Positions 22,801 through 33,746 of a stretch of DNA of 64,000 nt are shown here, piece after piece. The translations under genes and the position numbers were made by a program. The DNA comes from Macrostomum hystrix (taxonomy: Eukaryota > Animalia > Platyhelminthes): NCBI GenBank assembly GCA_950097015.1, contig CATNEN010000038.1, positions 6,386,001-6,450,000 of the forward strand. The letters run 5' to 3'. Position 1 is the first letter of the stretch. Each line of letters opens with the position of its first letter. The notes under the pieces are model-generated. The model saw nothing but the letters and a program-made list of their open reading frames with translations, ran no database searches and was not told the DNA's origin.

Positions 22801-25159
22801 TTCAAATAATCGTCTATGGTGGAAACACATTCGGGCACAACTGCGTGGACGCTTTTCTCGGCAGCACTTTTATTTTGTACCAGTCTTAGAAATAATCTTG
22901 ACTCTTTCCTGCTTCGCTTGCGGAACAATTTATCGTCGTATATTATAGCTTTTTGCAGCCTAGTTAATCCTGCAAGCATTCAATTTAATCATAAGTAGAC
23001 GCAGCAATACTGCAGCAGTTGCTCTGGCAGCCTGTCTATGGCTCGGACTGTGGCAAACCTGCATTCAATTTAATCCTGCAAGCGCGCATTTAATCATGTT
23101 GCAACTTTGCAGACAGGGCTATATCAAACTGCATAGAAAATTCACAAAAATGTAACATAACACAATGGAGCACAGTTAAAACAAATGAACAGAATTCTAG
23201 AAACTTGAATGAAAATCCTGCCAAACAGTGGGAGGTGGAAAAAATTCAGTCCGCAAATTGACTTATCAATGCCGGGCTTAAGCAATTGCTTCTCCTGCCA
23301 TGCACGCTGGCAGAAATCGCATCATATGCCGGTACCAGCCACCGCACTTGCCGACTGTCACCTCAGTAGTTGCAGCCTCGGCAATTCGGTGAAGCACAAG
23401 AACTCGCCAGTCACGCAACGAGTAACCAACCGGCGGGCTGTCGAGTTCTTCTTGAACTTCCTGCAGCGCCAGCTGGCGCTGGATGGCAGCCTTTAAGCAC
23501 GCATGCGCGTTCTCCACTGGATTGAGGAATGGTGAGTACGGCGGGAGCTTCACAATTCGCCATGTTTGCCGGTACTCTTCTGGGATAGTGGCTGCGTTGT
23601 GGAAGCGAGCGCCATCCATGATCACGCAGAAGTTGTCACCTTCATTCACATCCTCGCGTGACATAACGCTCTGCACCATTTCATTAATGAAGTCCTGGAA
23701 CTTATTTGCCGTCATTGTCTCCGCCAGGATCTTGTGGCTGACCAGGCCGATGTTAGGAGACATAGCTTGTATCACATTCACCTGCACACCACGTTGCGTA
23801 TGTACTTTGCGCCGAACTCTCTGCCCTCTGATGCTGCGACCCTGCGACCGACGTGTCCATATATTGAAGCCTGTCTCATCAATGTATATGAGATGACATT
23901 CTGGCTCTAGCTCGATCAGCCACTGAGCGAAGACCTGGCGGCGCGCAATGTTCTCGTCAGAGTTTCTCGCTGCAGGAATGTCGGCGTCACGACTGAGGCA
24001 TTTTAGCGTAAAGAGCTGCTTGTCTAGTGCTCTGCTTACTGTGCACTCGCTGACATGCAACTGAGGATCTTCGGCCTGAAGCTTACGCTTCATTTGCTTC
24101 AGTGTGAGAAGCGGATTATCTTCCACCCAGCTTACCAACTGTTGCACGTGATCATTGGTAATCTTCACTGTTCGAGCGCCCCCGCGAGCACCTCGATTTC
24201 GTTGACCTGCGACTTCGTAACGTCTTCGTATCGAGTATACGGTGCGCAGCTTCACCTGGAGCCACTGCGCGATGGCAGCCGCACTTTCTCCACGATCCAA
24301 AGCGTTTAAGATCATGTCATACTTCTCATCAGTTATTTTGTCATACTTTCTGCGACGTGCCGCGGGGGGTAGAGGGGGCCCATCTTCATTCCCTGCTTCG
24401 AAACTTGCTTCAGTGCCTTCTTGTTCAAACGAAGCGCTGGAAATGCTCATTACGCATGTCACAGATTGCACTGATAAAAAATGCACGATGTGTAGTAAAA
24501 ATGATTAAATGCGCGCTTGCAGGATTAAATTGAATGCAGGTTTGCCACAGTCCGAGCCATAGACAGGCTGCCAGAGCAACTGCTGCAGTATTGCTGCGTC
24601 TACTTATGATTAAATTGAATGCTTGCAGGATTAACTAGGCTGCAAAAAGCTATATTTATCAGTTTGAATAACTGAGGTTGTAGCCTAGTGGTTAGGGCGT
24701 CGGACTCACGACTTGAAGTTCAGGGGTTCGATTCCCAACTCCACTGGAACAATTTGCGTCCTTTAGCAAGACACTTAACTCTGCATTGTTTCAGTTCACC
24801 CAGCTGTTAAATGGGTGCCAGCATCAGCTGCGATAACTGAAGCTGCGTGTTGCTCCCCCCAGTCCATGGACTGAACAGCTGTACGCAGTTTTCAGATGCG
24901 CCGCGCATCAGCTGCGGCTGTGCTGTCGGCTGAACATCTGACCCAATTGGGGCAAGTGTAATAATCTCGAATCTCGAATCTCGAATAACTGAGCAAAAGA
25001 AACGGCAGTAGCGGCAGGTGAGACCCTGCAGAGCCATAGACTATTTATTATGCTGTTATTAATGCATGCTGTGCGGAACTAAATAAAAGTCAATAAGACA
25101 ATATTCTACAGAAGGAATTATTTCAAAGCAGTTTGAATTTCACTCACCTGTCCAAACAT
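19878..25159 (-). CDS. FkbM-family type II membrane methyltransferase, copy 2 (intact)
   Basis: Exons (minus): 25159-25148 (MFGQ, inferred; alternatively ATG 22792), 22774-22466 (RILAVGTLVLLLGTYFY TM plus Pro/Thr stem), 21945-21619, 20405-19878; all phase 0. Motifs [37 protein letters not shown]. Confidence 0.88.
20430..21545. repeat. 23 bp minisatellite, methyltransferase copy 2 last intron
   Basis: Same family and intron position as in copies 1 and 3, but a longer array. Confidence 0.92.
22107..22215 (+). mobile_element. SINE family A, 5' (tRNA-like) part
   Basis: ggggtcagtggcagagcggttaacgcgtttgcc matches the head at 5676. Confidence 0.65.
22946..24652 (-). mobile_element. Intact IS630/Tc1-superfamily DNA transposon with perfect 152-bp TIRs
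   Basis: TIRs 22946-23097 and 24501-24652 are exact reverse complements, flanked by TA on both sides, with an uninterrupted transposase ORF. Confidence 0.96.
23278..24486 (-). CDS. DDE transposase (DDE_3/IS630-Tc1 type), 402 aa
   Basis: Two HTH-like regions, IYIDETGF, VIMDGARFH and LPPYSPFLNPVE; 33 residues between the second D and the E. Confidence 0.93.
   Translation of the reverse strand: MHFLSVQSVTCVMSISSASFEQEGTEASFEAGNEDGPPLPPAARRRKYDKITDEKYDMILNALDRGESAAAIAQWLQVKLRTVYSIRRRYEVAGQRNRGARGGARTVKITNDHVQQLVSWVEDNPLLTLKQMKRKLQAEDPQLHVSECTVSRALDKQLFTLKCLSRDADIPAARNSDENIARRQVFAQWLIELEPECHLIYIDETGFNIWTRRSQGRSIRGQRVRRKVHTQRGVQVNVIQAMSPNIGLVSHKILAETMTANKFQDFINEMVQSVMSREDVNEGDNFCVIMDGARFHNAATIPEEYRQTWRIVKLPPYSPFLNPVENAHACLKAAIQRQLALQEVQEELDSPPVGYSLRDWRVLVLHRIAEAATTEVTVGKCGGWYRHMMRFLPACMAGEAIA
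24674..24965 (+). mobile_element. tRNA-derived SINE, family B, with a CORE(MIR)-like central domain
   Basis: A box (tagcctagtggtt), B box (ggttcgattccc), then cctttagcaagacacttaac...cagttcacccagctgttaaatggg. Second copy at 43145-43388(-). Confidence 0.75.
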
Positions 25160-25749
25160 TTGGCTTTTAAATTGTTTCAAAGACTTTTGCTTCAGCAAAG
25201 GAAAATAAAGTTGATTTCAAGCTTAATTGCAGGAGAAACTTTTGCAGCCAGTTGAATTCAGCTCAGGGGGTGTATATGCTCAAATATATAGTGTGGATAC
25301 TGTCACCCTCTGACCCACTGCCCAATCGGGCAATTGTTCGCCGTCTTCTGCCTTACTGCGTACTCTTGAGCATAGTTGGCATCGACCCTGTGAGAACAGT
25401 CTCGCAACCACCTCTCTATTTGTCTTTCCACCTTTTTTTCTGCCGCTCCTGCCCCATGCATTCATTTCATGCCTAAGGCAAAGGCCTACCCACAACTCTG
25501 CCCCCACCCCCAGTCCTGCCCCATTTTGAGTAGGCCTGAGAGCGCACAGGGCTTGCATAGCTAGTACATAAGCATCCATGCAGGCAGACGGCATTGAGTG
25601 ACGCTGCCTATTAGGAACCTGTGGCAGGCAAGCGAGTCCAATTGTCACACTGCCTGCCTGATGCATCTAGCAGCGCATAATGCTTACCTCACGCTTACCT
25701 CTGCCCCTAATTTAAAAACGCTATTACAATTTTTGCTGAAGGGCTTAGA

Positions 25750-25822
25750 TTGTGCCGGTGGAGTCTAGAATCGAACCCCCGACCTTCGAGTCTTGAGTCC
25801 AATGCTCTAACCACTTGTCTAG
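25750..25822 (-). mobile_element. SINE family B head fragment (tRNA-like)
   Basis: Minus strand agtggttagagcattggactcaagactcgaaggtcgggggttcgattc, similar to the 24674 head. Confidence 0.55.
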
Positions 25823-26883
25823 GCTAAAAACCTTTCTACAGCATTCTGTACAAAGGTTTTAACAACAGCTGCTTGTCTAAAAGTGACAACATCTGACAGT
25901 TCAAAGCACAGATAGTTTATTAACTGTCCTATTTTCAGACAGCGTCCATCAATGCCTAGCAAATGAACCGCAAAAATTGTAACAAACCAAAAATTAAATA
26001 AGCTTTCTGCAGTAAAACTTTTCGAATTTTGTTTGTGACTCTAGCTAACACAGACAGAAACAGAAGCTTATTGCTGAAATTTCCAGAATTTGTAAGGCAA
26101 ATTAAAAAAATCGTGTGACGTAACGAAATTCATCAGTGTTTTTATGCAGCTACAAAACCCAATTCCCTCTCGTCACGATTAACGCAGACCACACACAAAA
26201 TATATGCAAAACCTGTGCCGAAAGTGAATGAAACTATACCCCCACACAGGTTTGCGCAGTGGGCCTCACTGGACATGTCCCGGCATGCGCGCACCGCACA
26301 CTCAACATGAACAGTGGACCCTGGATTGCTTGAAAATGCTTTGCACAGTCCAGGGCAAGCAGTGTGGGCTGAATAAGCAACCCGAACCAGATTAACAAAA
26401 AGTCAATATAAGAACTGACTAACTAATAGAAGGACGGAGAGGTTAAGCTTTTCTATTTTTGTCAGAATAACAAGACAGCATTAAATACGTGCAAAGCCAT
26501 TAGCTTTATAAGCAGGTGAGCTAAGACACATTTTTATAAAAATTGCTTTTCAGTTCTCAAATCCACTCTACACATTAGTAAATAGGTCTGGAGTGACACG
26601 TCACAACTTTTAATGGTCTCTTATAACGAGAGCGAAAAAAGCTGTTAATAAAAAATTGTTGGAGGGCTGCGGGCAATGGCACATCATTTGGTGACACTAG
26701 ACCCACAGCCAGCGAGGAGGCAGTTCTACCCATTTCGCTGACTCTCTGTCACTGATCACTTTGAAAATAGTTGTTGATATCATACTACGAACGCCCTGGA
26801 CTAGACGTTTTAAAAACGTACAACGTAACAAACAACTTTCAGAGTTTGACACTGGCAGAACGAGAGTTACAAAAGCGAAAGAA

Positions 26884-29800
26884 ATGTCAAAGAAGCTGAT
26901 CGAATGCGTGCCAAACTTCTCCGAGGGTCGCTGCAAGGACACCATCGACCGCATCGCGACGGCCATCTCGTCTACGAAAGGCGTCAAACTGCTTGACGTC
27001 GATCCGGGAGTGTCTACTAACCGGACTGTCTATACTTTTGTTGGCGGTCCAAACGATGTGGTTGAAGCTGCATTCAATGCGGCTCGGACTGCCAAGCAGC
27101 TCATTGACATGCGAGGCCACACCGGTGCGTGCAGATGGATGGGCAGCTGAACCTGATGGAAGAATGGGGACTGGAGCAAAGGATGAAGGAAGGAAAAATA
27201 AAGGATAGAATCTGGAACTTAGAACACTCTGAAGAGTAGCGGGTTGAACACACATAAGGATTAGTATTGGGGAGTAGAATACACCTGAAAGATCGGGGGC
27301 GGAGAACACACCTGAAGTATTGGGGGGAGTTAGAACACACCTGAAGTATTGGGGGGAGGTAGAACACACCTGAAGGATCGGGGGTGGAGAACACACCTGA
27401 AGTATTGGGGGGAGGTAGAACACACCTGAAGGATCGGGGGGAGGTAGAACACACCTGAAGGATCGGGGGTGGAGAACACACCTGAAGTATCGGGGGGAGG
27501 TAGAACACACCTGAAGGATCGGGGATGGAGAACACACCTGAAGTATCGGGGGTAGAACACACCTGAAGTATCGGGGGGGGGTAGAACACACCTGAAGTAT
27601 TGGGGGGAGGTAGAACACACCTGAAGGATCGGGGGTGGAGAACACACCTGAAGTATTGGGGGGAGGTAAAACACACCTGAAGTATCGGGGGGGTAGAACA
27701 CACTTGAAGCATCGGAGGGTAGAACACACCTGAAGTATCGGGGGGAGGTAGAACACACCTGAAGGGTCAATGGGTGAAACACACCTGAAGTATCGGGGGG
27801 GGGGTAGAACACACCTGAAGGGTCAATGAGTGAAACACACCTGAAGTATCGGGGGGGGGGGTAGAATACACCTGAAGTATCAGGGGTTGAACACACTTGA
27901 AGTATCGGGGGGTAGAACACACCTGAAGTATCGGGGGGGGGGGTAAAACACACTTGAAGCATCGGAGGGTAGAACACACCTGAAGTATCGGGGGGAGGTA
28001 GAACACACCTGAAGTATCGGGGGGAGGTAGAACACACCTGAAGTATCGGGGGGTAGAACACACCTGAAGTATCGGGGGGAGGTAGAACACACCTGAAGGG
28101 TCAATGGGTGAAACACACCTGAAGGATCGGGGGGTAGAACACACCTGAAGTATCGCGGGGGGTAGAACACACTTGAAGTATCGGGAGTAGTAGAACACAA
28201 ACCTGATGTATCGAGGGGTAGAACATACATGAAGTATCAGGGGTTGAACACACTTGAAGTATCGGGGGGTAGAACACACCTGAAGTATCGGGGGGGGTAG
28301 AAAACACTTGAAGTATCGGGGGGGGGTAGAACACACCTGAAGTATCGGGGGGGTAGAACACACCAGAAGTATCAGGGGGGTAGAACACAAACCTGATGTA
28401 TCAGGGGGTAGAACATACATGAAGTATCGGGGGGGTAGAACACACCTGAAGTATCGGGGGGGGGTAGAACACACCTGAAGTATCGGGGGGGGGTAGAACA
28501 CACCTGAAGTATCGGGGGGGGGGTAGAACACACCTGAAGTATCGGGGGGGAGGTAGAACACACCTGAAGTATCGGGGGGGTAGAACACACCTGAAGTATC
28601 GGGGGGTAGAACACACCTGAAGTATCGGGGGGAGGTAGAACACACCTGAAGTATCGGGGGGGTAGAACACACCTGAAGTATCGGGGGGAGGTAGAACACA
28701 CCTGAAGGGTCAATGGGTGAAACACACCTGAAGGATCGGGGGGTAGAACACACCTGAAGTATCGCGGGGGGTAGAACACACTTGAAGTATCGGGAGTAGT
28801 AGAACACATACCTGATGTATCGAGGGGTAGAACATACATGAAGTATCGGGGGTAGAACACACTTGAAGTATCGGGGGGTAGAACACACTTGAAGTATCGG
28901 GGGGGTAGAACACACCTGAAGTATCGGGGGGGGGTAGAACACACCTGAAGTATCGGGGGGGGGGGGTAGAACACACCTGAAGTATCGGGGGGGGTAGAAC
29001 ACACCTGAAGTATCGGGAGTAGTAGAACACATACCTGATGTATCGAGGGGTAGAACATACATGAAGTATCGGGGGTAGAACACACTTGAAGTATCGGGGG
29101 GTAGAACACACTTGAAGTATCGGGGGGGGGTAGAACACACCTGAAGTATCGGGGGGGGGTAGAACACACCTGAAGTATCGGGGAGTAGAACACACCTGAA
29201 GTATCGGGGAGTAGAACACACCTGAAGTATCGGGGGGGGGGGGGTAGAACACACCTGAAGTATCGGGAGTAGTAGAACACATACCTGATGTATCGAGGGG
29301 TAGAACATACATGAAGTATCGGGGGTAGAACACACTTGAAGTATCGGGGGGTAGAACACACTTGAAGTATCGGGGGGGGTAGAACACACCTGAAGTATCG
29401 GGGGGGGGTAGAACACACCTGAAGGATCGGGGGGTAGAACACACCTGAAGTATCGCGGGGGGTAGAACACACTTGAAGTATCGGGAGTAGTAGAACACAT
29501 ACCTGATGTATCGAGGGGTAGAACATACATGAAGTATCGGGGGTAGAACACACTTGAAGTATCGGGGGGTAGAACACACTTGAAGTATCGGGGGGGTAGA
29601 ACACACCTGAAGTATCGGGGGGGGGTAGAACACACCTGAAGTATCGGGGGGGGGGTAGAACACACCTGAAGTATCGGGGGGGGTAGAACACACCTGAAGT
29701 ATCGGGAGTAGTAGAACACATACCTGATGTATCGAGGGGTAGAACATACATGAAGTATCGGGGGTAGAACACACTTGAAGTATCGGGGGGTAGAACACAC

Positions 29801-32525
29801 TTGAAGTATCGGGGGGGGGTAGAACACACCTGAAGTATCGGGGGGGGGTAGAACACACCTGAAGTATCGGGGAGTAGAACACACCTGAAGTATCGGGGAG
29901 TAGAACACACCTGAAGTATCGGGGGGGAGGTAGAACACACATGAGTACCTGGGGTAGAAAACACCTGATTGGCAGCAGGTTTCTGAACGCCCGAACCCGC
30001 AGGCGAGCACCCGCGGCTAGGAGCCATGGATGTCTGCCCATTCGTGCCGGTTCGCGAAGCCACTATCGAGGACTGCGTCGACTGCGCCAGGCGTCTTGGC
30101 GAGCGCCTCGGCAGCGAATTGGACGTGCCAATCTTCCTGTACGGTTTCGCAGCCGGGGCCGACTACAGGCGCAGTGTGCCACAGATCCGCAGCGGCGAAT
30201 ACGAAGGCCTGGCAGTGAAACTTGCTCAGTCCGAGTGGCTCCCCGATTTCGGACCGGCCGAACCGCGTCCTGCCTGGGGCGCCTCGATGGTCGGAGCTCG
30301 CAAGTTTCTGTTGGCCTACAATGTCAACCTGCTGGCCACGAAGGAGCAGGCGCATAGAATCGCGCTGAATATTCGCGAACAGGGCCGCGGCCAAGGACAG
30401 CCGGGCAGGTTGGCTGGAGTCCAGGGCATTGGCTGGTACCTGGACGAGCACAACCTAGCTCAGGTGTCTGTGAACATTCTAGACTTTGAGGTGAGTCAGA
30501 GTAAAATTGCTTTAGGTAGCATTCAACCAGTGTGATACATTTTCCTTAATAAAAACTGTACAACTAGAAACTGTAGAAACCGCATCTAGAATCGCAGCTA
30601 GAATCTAAGCTAGAATCGCAGCTAGAATCGCAGCTGGAATCGAAGCTAGAATCGTAGCTAGAATCGAAGCTAAAATCGCAGCTAGAACGGCAGCTAGAAT
30701 CAAAGCTAGAATCGCAGCTGGAACCGCAGCTAGAATCGAAGCTAGAATCGCAGCTAGAATCGAAGCTAGAATCGAAGCTAGAATCGAAGCTAGAATCGCA
30801 GCTGGAACCGCAGCTAGAATCGAAGCTAGAATCGAAGCTAGAATCGCAGCTGGAACCGCAGCTAGAATCGAAGCTAGAATCGAAGCTAAAATCGCAGCTA
30901 GAACTGCAGCTAGAATCGCAGCTAGAACCGCAGCTAGAATCGAAGCTAGAATCGAAGCTAGAATCGAAGCTAGAATCGAAGCTAGAATCGCAGCTAGAAT
31001 CGAAACTAGAACCGCAGCTAGAATTGAAGCTAGAATCGAAACTAGAACCGCAGCTAGAATCGAAGAATCGAATCGCAGGTGACTCCGCTCCACCGAGTCT
31101 TCGAAGAATGCCGTAAGGACGCAGCCGAGCTCGGTCTGGCGGTCGCCGGCTCCCAGGCGGTGGGGCTGCTGCCGTTGAAGTCACTTCTGGACTGCGCCGA
31201 TCACTACGCCAGCCAGGAAAAGCTGATGCTGCTGGACGAGGATCAGCGAGTTCGCCTGGCCGTGGACCGACTTGGCCTCGCCTCGCTGGGACCCTTCAAT
31301 CCGCGCCAGCGAGTCATCGAGTACCTGGTCGAGGATGGCGAAGCTCGTTCCGCGCTGTCCAGCCTGACTGTCGACGCCTTCGTCAGGGCTGTCGGCTCGC
31401 GCACCCCAGCGCCCGGCGGCGGCTCCGTCAGCGCCCTGGTCGGCGCCCTCGGCGTCGGACTCGGCGCGATGGGCGGCCTCCTGACCTACGGCAGTCGGCG
31501 CTTCGAACACCTGGACGCCGAGATGCGCCAGCTGCTGCCGCCATTGTACGCCGGCTGTCGCAGCCTGCTGCCCTTTGTCGATCGCGACACCGAATCCTTC
31601 GACGCCTACATGGCGGCCTGCAAGTCGAAGGCCTGCCCGGAGAGGCAGCAGGAGCTTCTGCGTGAGTGCGCCCTGGTGCCGCTGCAGCTGGCGAGGATGG
31701 TGTCGGCGAGGTGGGAGCAGCTGCTGCAGCTGGCAAAGCTGGTCAACATTAACTGCCGCTCCGATGTTCAGGTGAGATAAGCAGATCATTGTGTAGAGTA
31801 GACACATGAAGTAGATCATTGTGTAGATTAGACACATGAAGTAGATCATTGTGTAGAGTAGACACATGAAGTAGATCATTGTGTAGATTAGACACATGAA
31901 GTAGATCATTGTGTAGATTAGACACATGAAGCAGATCATTGTGTAGAGTAGACACATGAAGCAGATCATTGTGTAGATTAGACACATGAAGTAGATCATT
32001 GTGTAGAGTAGACACATGAAGTAGATCATTGTGTAGATTAGACACATGAAGTAGATCATTGTGTAGAGTAGACACATGAAGTAGATCATTGTGTAGATTA
32101 GACACATGAAGTAGATCATTGTGTAGATTAGACACATGAAGCAGATCATTGTGTAGATTAGACACATGAAGCAGATCATTGTGTAGATTAGACACATGAA
32201 GCAGATCATTGTGTAGATTAGACACATGAAGCAGATCATTGTGTAGATTAGACACATGAAGCAGATCATTGTGTAGAGTAGACACATGAAGTAGACCATT
32301 GTGTAGAGTAGACGCAGTGAGTAGCTCGCCCAATCGCCGCAGGTCGCGGCCAAGTGCATGGAGACTGCAATCTTTGGAGCCTGCTGCAATGTCCGGACGA
32401 ATCTCAGCTCAGTGACCGACGCGGAATTCAAAGAGAAAATTGCCGCCGAAGCCGACGAACTTCAAAGTGACGCCGCCGTCAGGTGCCAGGCCGTGCTAAA
32501 AATCCTCGACGACCGAACCGAGTGA
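26884..32525 (+). CDS. FTCD: Formimidoyltransferase-cyclodeaminase
   Basis: Exons 26884-27124, 30003-30490, 31079-31771, 32343-32525; GT-AG, phases 1,0,0. Motifs [80 protein letters not shown] about 30 nt after the stop. Confidence 0.97.
27190..29970. repeat. ~27-32 bp minisatellite with variable G-run (gtagaacacacctgaagtatc-Gn), FTCD intron 1
   Basis: About 2.8 kb array with higher-order blocks; source of many spurious minus-strand ORFs. Confidence 0.96.
30580..31078. repeat. 11 bp minisatellite (gctagaatcg(a/c)a), FTCD intron 2
   Basis: The array runs directly into the acceptor gaatcgcag|GTG. Confidence 0.92.
31780..32312. repeat. 30 bp minisatellite (gacacatgaagtagatcattgtgtagatta), FTCD intron 3
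   Basis: About 18 near-identical units, starting about 8 nt after the donor. Confidence 0.96.
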
Positions 32526-32679
32526 ACCGAGCAGTTCAAGAAATCAAGTCATGAATAAATCAAACAAATTGGTGTTTTACTCTTGTGCAATGGCAATAGA
32601 CAATAGACTTTTCTGTCATTATACTCGTAAAAAATTCGCTCGTACATCGCTGTGGAATCACTCTTGTCTTCTCTCTCCA

Positions 32680-33140
32680 GCGTCTCATCTCTCCCCCGAG
32701 TCTCATCTCTCCCCCCGAGTCTCATCTCTCCTCCGAGTCTCATCTCTCCCCGAGTCTCATCTCTACCGTTTCTCATCTCTCTCCCGTGTCTCATCTCTCC
32801 AGTGTCTCATCTCTCCCCCGGGTCTCATCTCTCCCCAAGTCTCATCTCTCCCCCGAGTCTCATCTCTCCCCCGAGTCTCATCTCTCCCCCGAGTCTCAAC
32901 TCTCCCCCGAGTCTCATCTCTCCCCCGAGTCTCATCTCTCCCCCGAGTCTCATCTCTCCCTCGAGTCTCATCTCTCCCCCGAGTCTCATCTCTCCCGTTT
33001 CTCATCTCTTCCCCGTGTCTTATCTCTCCAGTGTCTCATCTCTCCCGTGTCTTATCTCTCCCCCGTGTCTCAACTCTTCCATGTCTCATCTCTTCCGTGT
33101 CTCGTCTCTCCCCCGTGTCTTATCTCTCTCGCGTCTCATT
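32680..33140. repeat. 16-18 bp minisatellite (gtctcatctctcccccga)
   Basis: Reverse complement of the motif inside the hAT element at 58034-59812. Confidence 0.9.
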
Positions 33141-33304
33141 AAATTTTTCCAAAAATTAATAAACTTTCTTAAAAAATGTTTTTATGAAAGTGCTTGTAAC
33201 TTTCTTAGATCAAAGAAAGTGGATAAACATTATACCTATGATTTTAACCCAACTAAAACTTAGAATCTGGGTTGTGTCAACAAGAAACTACGCTCGTAAA
33301 TATT

Positions 33305-33535
33305 CAGGGGGCATAGTGTGTTTGCCTCTCGCACCAGGTCCTATTCATTTGAGAGCTCGGAGGCTGTGAAATGAAAGTGAAATGAGAAAGTCAGGGCAGA
33401 CGTACGCACGTGTGTAAATGCGTGCCTGCGTACTGTATTGGTGGGTGTGTGTGTTCTCAGGAGTCAGTGAATTGGGCAGAATTAACTACTCGCTGGCTGC
33501 GGGTCTCACCAAATGGTGCGCGATTGCCCGCAGCT
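33305..33535 (+). mobile_element. SINE family A, degenerate copy
   Basis: Shares gagaaagtcag..cagatgtac, caggagtcag.gaa.tgggcagaatt and cgctggctgcgggtct with the other copies. Confidence 0.6.
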
Positions 33536-33746
33536 CCCCTTGCTCCGTACATAGGGACGGGGGTGTCCGTCAGCTGCTCTCACTCCCGCTTCTTTCCATT
33601 CCTTTCACTCGAACATTCAGCAAGCTTCTACAGGATGCACAAGTATTGATCTGAGATTCCTTTCTGACAGCAACTCAAATCTTTTGCTTCTATAAGCAAG
33701 AGCTCATGCAGTCAGATCTCTCTTTGCTGACCAGTCTACGGTGACA

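Noticed and set aside
26887-30063. Long minus-strand ORFs (up to 747 aa)
   Set aside because: Translations of the FTCD intron 1 minisatellite.
31780-32312. Regular 27-40 bp arrays (also 18745, 48702) as CRISPR
   Set aside because: Head-to-tail repeats with no unique spacers, no cas genes, and a eukaryotic intron context.
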